Shown one piece after another: positions 44,999 through 57,020 of a stretch of 64,000 nt of DNA. The position numbers and the translations under genes were made by a program. The DNA is from Eledone cirrhosa (Eukaryota): NCBI GenBank assembly GCA_964016885.1, contig OZ024740.1:42346001-42410000 (forward strand). The letters run 5' to 3'. A model generated the notes under the pieces. It made no database searches, was not told the DNA's origin, and saw nothing but the letters and a program-made list of their open reading frames with translations. The first letter of the stretch is position 1. Each line of letters opens with the position of its first letter.

Positions 44999-47900
44999 GG
45001 TTTCTTTATTGGCCACAAGGGCTGACACGAAGAAAAACATTAGAGACGGCACAGAACGGTACAGGACGACACTGTGGGTTGACCGTGTAAAAAAAGTTAT
45101 AACAAGATAGAAATATCAAAAAAATTCAAACAACAAAAAATTCACCAATAAACTTCCGAGGGTCACTCGTGGCGCAAACCACTCAAACGACCACAGCCAC
45201 CCTGACCAGCAGGTAAAGCGCACTCTCTCAGTTTTCCCACTCCTCAGTTTACAGGCGCATACGTAGAGCGGGCCCTTCACTCGGACTTGGCTCGCCACTT
45301 TCACCCACCTTTCAAGAAACTTACTAGAAGACAGCACTTGCTTCTCCACCCTGATTTTCCTCTTCAAGTGAAACTTGAAAAAGTTAATCAGGGATTGGTC
45401 GAAGAGGAAAGTGTCCTTTCAACCTTGTCCACCACACAATCTCTTTCGCTATGACCACCAGGCAGATGAAAACTGCCTTCCCTTTTCCACTTTAAAGGAG
45501 GATGAAGGGGCCATCTATACAATGGATCCGTCCTACACGCGACAGCAGCTGTTCGACATAGCTCCACAAGTCAGCAATCCTCGGACACTGAACGAGGGCG
45601 TGCAGCATAGTTTCGTCGCTCTGCGCGCATCTCAGACAGACTCGGCTGACAGCACCTCCGTGCCTGTAGAGCTTATGCCGAACCGGCAACGCTCCCCGGT
45701 AGCACTGCCAGGGCAGGGATTTCTGGAAGTTGTCCATAAGCCCCGGTCTTAAAGTTCTCTTGAAGAGATGTAACAGCTGATCGTCTTCGACGCCCAGGGG
45801 CTCCCCGAGAACGTCATCGCTCTTTCCCTCCACTAGCCCTCTATAGAACGCCGAGGTGGATGTTCCACCCATATTAGTGCCCAGCTGGTCGATGGCGGTG
45901 AGCGCTTGGAGACATTCCAGCTTCCAAGCGCTATCCCTCGGTCTTTTCCTGATCCAAGACTGCAGCTCCGTCAAGGGACGAGCTGGAGAAGAGCGCGTCT
46001 GGCAAACGGCGACTACACCTGTTCACCGTCAGGGAAACACCAGAGATATCGCAGCCTCAGCGCATGTTTGCGCATCATGAGCCAAGGCATGCCTAGTCCT
46101 CCACGCAACGGGTTTTGACAGAAAATGGATCGTCTGACCATGGGAGCACGTCCCTTCCACAACAAGCGGAAGAGAAGGCGCTCCATTTTGGTCAGAGTTG
46201 GGCGGGGGCAAGGTGCGACGGTCAGGCGGTAGCAGATAACGGACGCGATGTACGCATTCGCCACCTCCGCCCGACCTTTTAGAGACAGCCTCCTCTCGGC
46301 CCATTTCTGGGTAAGAGAGGCCACCCTGCTTGTCACCTCGCTCCAGTTTTTTTCCATCTGGAGGTCCGGACCAAACCAGACTCCGAGCAATTTAACCGGT
46401 CCTTCCGTCCAGGCCCCACGACGCTGTCGGACGGCATGGACTTGCCTCTCCAGGTGCCAAGTTGCCAGCCTACTGATTTTTCCTGGTTTATCTTTGCTCC
46501 TGTCACCGCTTCGTATTCCTTGAGAACAGTGCCGAGCATCTGGACGTGTTTGGTGCTCGACACCACCACGGTGACGTCGTCGGCGTAAGCTGACACGGAT
46601 CTCCCGCATCCCAGTTCACGTGGGACCCTCCTCATCGTCTCCAATTTGTGCAGTAACGGTTCGAGGGCCAGTACGTACAAGAAGGCCGAGAGGGGGAAAT
46701 CCTGGCGGACCGAGCACATGATGCTGAAAGGCCGTGACAGGTGACCATTCACCCTCACAATCGATCAGGTGTCGCTGTGCATCGCAGCGATCCAGCCCCT
46801 AAAAACGGGCTCGAAGCCGGCTGCCTTGAGGACCGCAGCCAGATACCGATGGACCGGCTTTCGTCCCCTCGTGTCTTAGAGCAAGCGCTCTAACTCTGAC
46901 AACGCAGCCTTCATGCTTTGCGTTGAAGAATTGGTCGAGTGTTAATCTCACCGCAAGCACGCCGATTGCAATGCCTGTCCAAAACGCCTCTTCTAGCTTT
47001 CTAACTAACTCGCCCTGTACTCTATTTTCCTCTATCACTACTCCTTTGTTAAACCTTACCGATTCTACTCTAATAGCCCTTTTCAGGGTAAACCACCACC
47101 TGTTGTTGACGATCGCACCCGTCAACGCACGCTTAACTAATTCGCTAATCCGGTCTCTCTAAGGTTTGCGCGCCGGGAACGATGCGTTCAGCTTCCAGTA
47201 GCCGGGCCCTTGCCTATGGAATCTATCTAAGTCAACTTCACAGAACTCAAATTTGTGGTCCGTGGAGTCGACTACTTTAAATTGTGGACAACCTACACTA
47301 GCCTTATCTGTTCCGTTCAGAATACCCTATCTAAATACGATCTGGATCACCTGATGCGGTTTGCGCATGTCCACATTGGCACATTCGGATAATCCAGTCT
47401 ATACTTGTCAGACAGTTCAAAACGTCTGAGCAGGTTGTTGAGGCTTTTACACCGTCCTGCCCTGTCTACTAGTCCTACACAATCCAAGCGTGCATCTAAG
47501 ATACCGTTCCAGACGCCCACAAACACTAAAGAGCGGGACGTTCCAAGAAAGGTCTCTAGACGTCTGAAGAAAGCTGGCCGTCCTGCCCCTGTTGGGGCGT
47601 AGAAGACTACCAGCCTGAAAGCATTGCCTTCGCTGCCGGTCACGTCCAGCACCACCGACTTACCTTCTATGTCCAGGAAGATGGCTCGTATGGCGAGATC
47701 CAAGCCTCTCCGAAAAAGCACAGCAACCCCTCCTCCCGATCCTAGACGGCTGGGAAATGCGCATACATCGTAGCCACCGAAGATCTGTGCGAAGGCTCGT
47801 GCTTCGGAGATTCTAGTCTCGCTGATGGCCACCACATCTACGTTTAGTGACCTGAGGCCATGTACATTTATACTGCCTATTCTAAGAACGGCCATGTTGG

Positions 47901-50022
47901 ATGAGAAACGGGGTAAGTGAGAAAGGATCACTTACCTTGATCGTGTGGTAAAGGAACAGTAGAACCACCCCTTTGGCTGGTCATAGTGTTTTCAAGAGGA
48001 TGTTGGTGTATATCCTCTTGGTAACCGATCCCCTGAAGTCTCCAACTGCGTTGGGGAATTTTTCTTTGAACAGTTTGTAATCTTCTATTTTGATTTCAAT
48101 TATGTTTATGCTTTTCGGGAGAGTTCTTGGTGTTGGTGGGGTGTAGTAGTTTTTTTCTGTGATGTATGTGTGCTGCTTTATATGTTGTAAGAGTTCTTTA
48201 TTTTCCATGTTTATGGCTGTGTACTTTTTGGGGGAAGGGGTGATTTTGTTGCTGTTTTCTTCTTGTTGCTGTGTGTGTTTTATTCTTGTTGTGGGTGTGT
48301 GTTTTGTTGTGTTTGCGATATTGGTGTTTTTGGTGATGCTGGTTGTGGTGAGGTTGTTGTTGGTGGTGATGGTGATAGTGGTTGTGTTGCTGCAAGTCTC
48401 TTTGCAGCCTTTACTCCTCTTTGTTTGCCTTCGCTTTTGGAGGGTGAAGCTAAGGGGTTTTTCCTTTGTTGTTTTTTTGTGGCAGACCGGTTGCCACTTC
48501 CCTCCCACCTCCATACTCCATGTCAGATTCCGTGGCGTCTGGGAGGGGTATGAGCTCCACTGCTGTTAGTGGTGGTAGTGGAGCCCGCTCCGGCGATTTT
48601 GCCGCCGGTGTAGCTACTGCAACTGTTGGTGTTGCCGCCACTGCTGCCGCTGCTTTAGTTGTCCGTGGCCTTGGTATGGGTGCCACGGACGTTGCCCTCC
48701 TACTCACCATGGAAGGGTCATCTGCCTCTGTTGCTTGCACTGCTCTTGGTAGCAGCGGATCCGGCGTGCGGAGGAGGAGGTCCTCTTATTGGCTGTCTGC
48801 TGCGGACAGAAGGCCCTGAGGTGACCGTTCTGCCCACAGAGATAGCACTTTGGGCGCCTTCCTTCCACACTTATAGGGATTTGGAGTCCTTCTCCGAGGT
48901 CTATGATGTCTGGGATGGCCTCTTGGTCAGTCTGTATTAGCATTTGCATGCTTATTCCTGACCAGATCTCTCTTCCCATTCTCTGTATTTGCAGTATGGT
49001 GGTCTTCTCCTCGATTCCAGCCAGTACAGACGCAGCAAGCCAAGGTATGAGCACGTCGGGAGGGGCCAGGGTCACTTTGACCCTCACAATTTTCTGCCCG
49101 CACGACGAGGGCACCAAGTCTATCTCCTCACTCTTTAGGGTTTCCAAAGAGTGAGACTTCGCCTCTTGAGTGGTGGCGAAAAGTACGTCTACTGTGGCGT
49201 ACTTTTTGCCTCGAGTGATATGGATTTTGCGCGCCCAGACGCACCCCAAGGCCTTATGGATTTGAGCCTCCGTGGCACTCTCCACCCGATGTGACATTTT
49301 TCTTACGGTGCGGTAAGTCAGCGTGCGCAGCTGCTGGTCTTTGAAGAAATCGGGTGGAGGTTTCAGGGACACTCTATTGTCGTTACTTGACACCATGGCT
49401 CTTGCGACTGCCATCTCTTCCTCCGTGACTAGCACAGTCTCTACATTTCGGGCCACACCTGCAAAAGAAGTGGCCCTTTTTTCAGCGGCATCATTATTTC
49501 TGCCGCTACTGCTGCTACTGGTCTTGTTGTTGGTGCTGTTGCTGTTATCATTGTTGTAGTGTGTTGTGTTTTTGGTGCCACCGTTGTGGGTGTTGTCGTT
49601 GTTTATTTTCTTGCTAGTGGTGTTAATATCGTTGTAGCATTTGTTGTCTTTTTTTTCTGTTGTCTGTATTTTAGTTGTCGCTGTTATTGTTGTAGTCGTT
49701 GTAGTAATTTTTTTTAAATTAATGTTCTCAATGTCTTTGTTCACGTTGTTTGTGGTGGTGTTTGTTGTATGAGTTTCTGTAACCCTCCTCTCAATTTTTA
49801 CGCCGTTGTCACACGACAGCAGACATATTGTTGGGGGCGTGGCTTAGCCATGCTTTTAAAAAAAAATTAAAGTAAAATGTTCAAATATTATACTTTCCCC
49901 TTCACAGGGAAAAGTCCAAGGGCTTATATCCCTTACACAACAAAATAAATTAAGCAACAAATAATTATAACAGGTAAATAAAGAGACTTACTGTGAGCTA
50001 GCAAAAAGCGTCCGAACAGATC
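44999..50022 (-). mobile_element. Full-span Tx1-clade LINE, subfamily a (frameshifted, internal ORF2 deletion near 46851)
   Basis: ORF1 with CYLCGQNGHLRAFC knuckle; ORF2 APE (SINVHGL, AISET), RT (SVRQ..PLS, AYADD), CxxC..H..C; AATAAA followed by (TTA)n. Confidence 0.92.
47895..47935 (-). promoter_or_regulatory. ORF1-ORF2 spacer with consensus 5' splice site
   Basis: CAAG|GTAAGT at 47935, pyrimidine-rich spacer, CAACATG start of ORF2 at 47895. Confidence 0.5.
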
Positions 50023-50040
50023 AATAATAATAATAATAAT

Positions 50041-53000
50041 GTTTTCTTTATTAACCACAAGGGTTTACATAAAGTAGACATTAAGGACAGTACAGGACAA
50101 TACAGGACGGTACAAAAGGGCATTTCTGCGTGTAAAAAAAACAGAGGATGAAATAAAATAACAAAGAAAAATTCCCCAATAGGGGGGGAGACTTCCGAGG
50201 GACATTTGTGGAGAAAGCCCATTAAAAGACCACAGTGGCCGTGACCACCAGGGCAAGTGCCCTCTCCCAGTTGTCCACCTTTAATTTACAGACACATACT
50301 CAGAGAAGGCCCATTCATTCGGGCCATACTTGCTTCTCTCACCCATCTTTCAACAAAATGCTGGGAAGAGAGCACTTCCCTCTCTACCCTGATTTTCCTT
50401 TTCAAATGAAATTTGAAAAAGTTAATCAGGGCATCACCGAAGAGGTAAGTGCTCGTCTTCAGCCCTTTCAAACGTGTCCACCATACTATCTCTTTCGCCA
50501 TGGCCACCAGACAGATAAAAACTGCCTGCCCTTCCCGGCTAAAGGAAGAGGGCGGGGCAATCCTCACGATGGACTCAGCTGATAGCTGGATCCGTCCTAC
50601 ACGTGACAGCAGGTGTTCGACATAAACCCACAAGTCAGCAATGCTCGGACACTGGACGAGTGCGTGCAGGACGGTTTCGTCGCCCTGCGCGCATCTCGGA
50701 CATGCCCGGCTGACGGCACCTCCATGCCTGTAAAGTTTATCCCGAACTGGCAAAGCACCCCGGTAGCACTGCCAGGCCAGGGATTTCTGGAAGTTGTCCA
50801 TAGGCCCCGGCCCGAAATCCTTCCGAAGAGATTGGCTAGTTGATTTTCGTCGACGCCTAGAGTTTCTACAAGTACGTCGTCGCTCTTCCATTCCACTAAT
50901 CCCCTATAGAACGCCAAGGTGGAGTTTCCACCGATCACATTGCCCGATTGGTCGAGGGCTGTGAGCGCCTGAAGACATTCCAGTCTCCAAGCGCTCCCTC
51001 TCGGTCTTCGCTTGACCCAGGACTGCAGCTCCGTCAAGGAGACGAGCTGGGGAAAAACGTGTCTAGCAAACGGCGACCACACCTGATCACCGTCGAGGAA
51101 GAGGTGGAGATGTCGTAGCCTGAGCGCGTATCTGCGCATCATCAGCCACGGCATGCCCAGCCCTCCACGTAGCGGGTGTTGACAGCAGATGGACCGCCTG
51201 ACCATCGGAGCGCGTCCCTTCCACAAGAAGCGAAAGAGCAAACGCTCCAGCGCAGTAAGGCGGGGCTTAGGACAAGGTACGACGGTCAGGCGGTAGTAGA
51301 TGACGGACGCGATGAACGCGTTAGACACCTCAGCTCGATCTTTCAGGGATAGCTTCCTCTCGGCCCATTTCTGGGTGAGAGAAGCCACCCTGCTCGTCAC
51401 CACGTCCCAGTTTTTGTCCGTCTGGAGGTCTGGACCGAACCAGACCCCTAGCAATTTAACCGGTCCGTCCGTCCAGCGCCCGACGACGCTGTTGGACGGC
51501 ATGGACCTGCCTCTCCAGGTGCCGAGCTGCAGGCCCACTGACTTTTCCTGGTTGATCATTGCTCCTGGCACCGCTTCGTATTCTCTTAGTGTAGTGCCGT
51601 TCGCCTCGATGTGTTTGGCGTTCGACACCACTACGGTGACATCGTCGGCATATGCTGACACGGATCTTCCGCATCCTAGTTCGCGCGGGACCCCCACTCA
51701 ACGTCTCCAGTTTGTGCAGTAATGGCTCGAGAGTCAATACGTACAATAGGGACGAGAGGGGACATCCTTGGCGGACCGAGCGCATGATGTTGAACGGTTC
51801 CGAAAGGTGACCGTTCAGTCTCACTACAGAGCAGATGTCGCTGTGCATGGCAGCGATCCAGCCTCTGAAGACGGGCCCAAAGCCAGGCGCCCTCAGGACT
51901 GCCGCTAGGTAACGATGGTCGACCCTATCGAAGGCTTTCGACTGATCTAAATTGATCAAAGACCCACCCGTGCCAGGTTCCATAGCTACCCTCTCTACGA
52001 TGTATCGCATGAGGTGGAGGTTGTCGTGGATGGATCTGTCGGGAATGGCGTATGTCTGTGCCTCTCCCACCAGACCACCAACGACAAGCGCCAACCTCTT
52101 TGCTAGCACCTTGGCCAAAATCTTGAACTCTGTGTTTAGCAGAGTTATGGGCCAAAATTATCTATGTTATCCCCCTTGTTCGGATCCTTTCTCAGCAGCG
52201 CCACCGCTCCTCGGCTCACAGAGCTGGGAATTCTCCCGTTCTGTTGCCAGTTGCAGTAGACGTCCGCCAAGAGCACTCCGAACAAGTTTGGCATTTGTAC
52301 GTAAAGTTCATAGGGCAGACAATCCAAACCAGGCGATTTACCCCTTGTGCAACTAGTCATTGCATCCCGTACTTCAGCGGTTGTTATCGGCTTTTCGCAA
52401 CACTCCGTCTCAGTGGCCGAAAGCTGCGGCAGTCCATCGAGGTAGACACTAAAGTCCATCCCTCGATCCGGCCCGCCACTTCCCCCGAACAGTTGAGCGA
52501 AGTGTCGCTGAAAAGCTTCACAGATTTGCTCGGGATCGAGTAGCATGCGCCCGTCGTGGTCCACCAAAGACCGGATCGTGGCTTTGTTGCCACGACGCGC
52601 CTCCGCCACTCGGGCCCATTGAACGGCTTTCGTCCCCTCGTGTCTGAGAGCACGCACCCTAGCTCTGATAACGCAGCCTTCGTGCTTTGCATTGAAGAAT
52701 TGGTCAAGGGCCAATTTCGCCGCAAGTACGTCGGTCGCGATGCCTTTGCTAAGCGCCTCATCTAATTTTCTAACTAATTCTCCCTCTGCTCTATTTTTCT
52801 CTATTGCTAAAGTATTACTAAACCTAATGGACTCTATTCTAATTGCTCTTTTCAGAGCAAACCACCACTTGTTGTTGACGATGGCCCCCGTCAACGCCCG
52901 CTTAACTAGTTCGCTAATCCGGTCTCTGTATGCCTTGCGCGCTGGTAAGGACGCGTTTAGCTTCCAGTAGCCGGGTCCTCGTCTATGAAGCCTATCACAG

Positions 53001-55924
53001 TCAAGCACACAGATCACGAATTTGTGGTCCGTGTAGCTGACTATCTGGAATTGTAGACAGCCTATGCTAGACCTATCTATTTCCCTACAAAATACTCTAT
53101 CTAGATATGATCTGGATGACCCTATGCGATTTGTCCAAGTCCACATTGGTACATTCGGGAAATCCATTCGGTACCTGTCAGACAGTTCAAAACGTCTGAG
53201 CAGGTTGGTGAGACTCTTGCACCCTCCTTCCCTATCCACTAATCCCACACAATCCCAGCGTGCATCTAAGATCCCGTTCCATCGCCCACTAACACTAAAG
53301 GGCGGGACCTTCCAAGAAAGGTCTCCAGACGCCGGAAGAAATCAGGCCGCCCTGCTCCTGTCGGGGCATAGACGGCCACTAACCTGAAAACTTGGCGTCT
53401 CCGCTGGTCACGTCCAGCACCACCAACTTACCTTCTGGTTCCAGGAAGATGGCCCGTATGGTGAGATCAAAACCTCTCCGAAAAAGCACAGCAACTCCTC
53501 CCTCCGATCCAGGACGGCTGGGAGATGCATACACATCGTAGCCGCCGAAGATCGGTACGAAGGCCTGTGCTTCGGAGATTCTGGTCTCGCTGATGGCCAC
53601 TACATCTATGTTTAGTGACGTGAGGTCGTTGAGCAGGTGGCCCTGTTTCCATGACTACCCCAAGCCACGCGCATTTATGCTGCCTATTCTGAGTGAGGTC
53701 ATGTTGAAATGGAGTGGAAAAGATGGGAAAGACCACTTACCTTACTTCTAGTAGAGGAAGGATGGTTTCTCCATCCTTTTCACTGCTTGTGGCCTCCTCA
53801 GGAAGGATGTCCTTATAAATCCTCCTGGAGAGTGCTTGTCGGAAGTCTCCGATGTCTTTGGGGAATTTTTGTTTTAGTGTCATGTACGTTTTCTGTGTGA
53901 TGCGAGTGATTTGTATGTGTGGAAGTGGTGTGATTTTTGTGGTTGTTGTGTAGTCTTTTTCTGTGATGCTGGTGTTGTGTTGGATGTAGTGTAATAATTG
54001 CTTGTTGTTCAAATTTAATGCTGTGTAGTGTGTATCGTTTTGGTTGTTTTGTTTTGTTTGCGTTTGTTGTGGGTTTGTTTCTGTTTCGCATTTTGGTGAC
54101 ATTTGTGGTGTAGGTGATGGTGTTGGTGTTTGGGTTGATGGGGTTGGTGATGCTGGTGTGGATGGTGGCATATCTGTCCTAACTTTTTTGTTTCTTAGTT
54201 TATTTGTTTCCCCTCTGTATTTTGTTTTGGGGGGAGGGGGAAGAAAGGGGATTTTTTCTCTTTTGGTTTCTTTTTCTTTTTTTCTTTTTTCCCGATACCG
54301 TTTCCAACTCCTCGTCGTCAGAATTTGTCTCCAGTTGTGATAGGCCGTGGAGTGGAAAATCCTCCACAGGCGTTAGTTTTGGTTGTGGCGTGGTGGATGG
54401 TGTAGGCGCTGGTGCTAGTTCTGAAGCGTTGGGTGGTGGTGGTGTTGGTTTTGCTGGTGGTGGTGGTGGTGTTCGTTTTGCTACTGTTGCTGGGGTTGTT
54501 GCTGTTATAGTTGCTTCTGTTGTTGCTGCTACAGTTGTTGCTGCCATCTCTGCTACTGGTGGTGTTGATGGTTGTGTTACTGGGGTGGGTAGGAGAGGTG
54601 GCCTCAACCTTTTAGCCTGAGGGCAGAAAGCCCTTAGGTGGGTTCCTTCACCACAAACGACACACCTAGGTCTTCTGCCCTCGACAATTACCGTGAGGTG
54701 GCTGCCGTCAGTGAGGTCTATTACCTCTGGGATCTCCTCAATGCTTTTTTGTCCGCTTGGATCAGAAGCTCCATCCCAGATCCGGACCAGTTCTCCTGCT
54801 TTTCTTTTGCTATTGCTATTATTTTTGTGTTGGCTTCGATGCCGGCGAGGACGGCCGCTATTAGCCAGGGAATTTCGATGGCCGGTGGAACGTGGGTCAC
54901 TCTGATCTTTACGAGTCTCTGGCCACAATAGCTTGGGACGAGTGTGAAGTCGTCACTTCTTAATGGGGCCATGGAGTGTTCTCTAGCCTCCTCTGGTGTT
55001 TCAAAGAACACGTCCACGGTTCCATACTTCTGCCCACGACTGATGTGGGTTTTTCTTGCCCACACATGTCCGAAAGCTTTTTGGATTTGGGACTCGGATG
55101 CCCGTTCCACTCGGCGCGATTTTACATTTATTGTTCGATACGACACGGTGCATAGGCGCCGATGCTCCATTTTATTAGGTGGGGGAGGGGGGGTAAGACT
55201 GACCCTGTACCCATCTTTCTTTACCATTTGTTTGGCATTTTCTAAATCCCCCTGAGTTACCGTAAATGCTTCGAACTGTTTTGCTACTCTGGCGAAACTG
55301 AGGGTGGTTTTTATAATGTCATTGTTGTTGTTGTTGCTATCGTTATTTGTGTTAATATTAATTTTAGTTTCAGTTGTGGTGGTGGTGACGTCAGTCGTCT
55401 TTGGTGGGGAAGAGTCCATTTTGCTTGATTTCATTTCGACATCACGAGTTAATTTATTTTTTTCTTCTTTTGTTTCTGTTGTCGCGGTTGTGGTGGGGGT
55501 GGTGGTTGTCGCGGTGGTGGTGGAGGCTTTAACACCTGCAGTCATTGGTAATGGCGGGAAATGAATGTCTGCCTGAGACAAATTTAAAATATTGCTAGTG
55601 CTTATATTTTTTTTAGTGTTGGCAAACGTAGTAACATTTACAATGGTGGTGTCGGTGTGAGGTGTTAATTTGTGAGAAAGGCTTTCAGCTGCTTGGTGCA
55701 GAGGTGAATTAGCCATTTCTTTTCAAATAAATTTTTTGATAATAATAAAAGTTTAAATTTTGGGCACAAGGCCCCAATATTTTTGGGTGTCCTTTTCGGA
55801 AAACAATGTATGTGCGCTTATATATGGTTAACAATAAAATTTTCCATAAATGGCAATTTTTAACAAACAGAAATAACAAACCTTTGCGGAGCTCACGATG
55901 ATACGATTTACTACGTAGGTCGCC
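50041..55924 (-). mobile_element. Full-length Tx1-clade LINE, subfamily b
   Basis: ORF1 55716-53737 (frameshifted; CVVCGEGTHLRAFC); ORF2 53702-50286 (APE, YLDR, TDH, KSPGLD, DQSKAFDRVD, RQGCPLS, YADD); flanked by (TAA)n. Confidence 0.94.

Positions 55925-56001
<77 letters not shown>
55925..56001. repeat. (TAA)n microsatellite
   Basis: Direct read. Confidence 0.96.
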
Positions 56002-57003
56002 GTCACATTTACTGCTGAAATGGAAAACACAGAAAACGCAAAGCAGGTAAAAGTAACTGCAAAGAAAGAACTGCTACAGAAACTCGCTAAGAAATGGCAA
56101 GAAAAGCCTCTGTATGGAAAATACCCAGAGCGAGCTAACAATCCTGATGTTGACAAAACTTTAACCCATCAGTGGTTGGCATCCTCTGGACTGAAATCGG
56201 ACACTGAAGGTCTGATTATATCGGCAGAAGATCAGTGTCTGCCAACAAAAAATTACCAAGCCAACATAATAAAAAATGGGTGCAGCCCATTATGCCGTGT
56301 ATGCAAAAAACAACCAGAGACCATTGACCATATAATTTCAATGTACAGTCCTATAGCTCCAACCGAATACCTAAACAGGCATGACAGAGCTGCACAATAC
56401 ATACATTGGATAATGTGTAAGCATTTTGACCTGCCCCATCAAAAGAATTGGTGGGAGCATCAACCACCTCCCATACTTGAAAAAGATCACATCTCAATCT
56501 TGTGGAACTTTAGCATACAAACAGACCGAAAAATAGATGCAAACAGACCTGATATAATATTGGAAGACTTTCAAAAGAGGGTATGCCTGCTAATTGATAT
56601 GTCTGTTCCAATAGACAAGAATGTATCTATAAAAACATTTGAAAAATTGAGCAAGTATAAGGACCTGGAGATAGAAATTGGAAAAATGTGGAAATTGAGA
56701 ACTAAAACAATACCAGTGGTTGTAGACGCTCTGGGAATGATACCTAAGGGGTCTAATGATTACTTATCGCAAATCCCAGGAAACCCGCGTATAGGAGAAA
56801 TACAAAAGATAGTACTAATGGGAACTGCTCATATACTAAGGAAGATTCTGTCAATATAAGTACATCACAAGTCTAAACACTAAAGATGCATGTGTGAATA
56901 TGTATGTTCTTTCTTGAACATGGCGGACCTTGTTGTCTCTTGAGGTCACTGGTTGTGACATGGTGATAACTCGTATGAACATAAAGCAAGATAAATGCAA
57001 CTG
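56002..57003 (+). mobile_element. 5'-truncated Dong/R4-clade LINE, family C
   Basis: ORF 56020-56859: KPLYGKY..CRVC..H..RHD..WNFSIQTD..RPDI..KYKDL; 3' UTR then (TAA)n. Confidence 0.92.
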
Positions 57004-57020
57004 TAATAATAATAATAATA

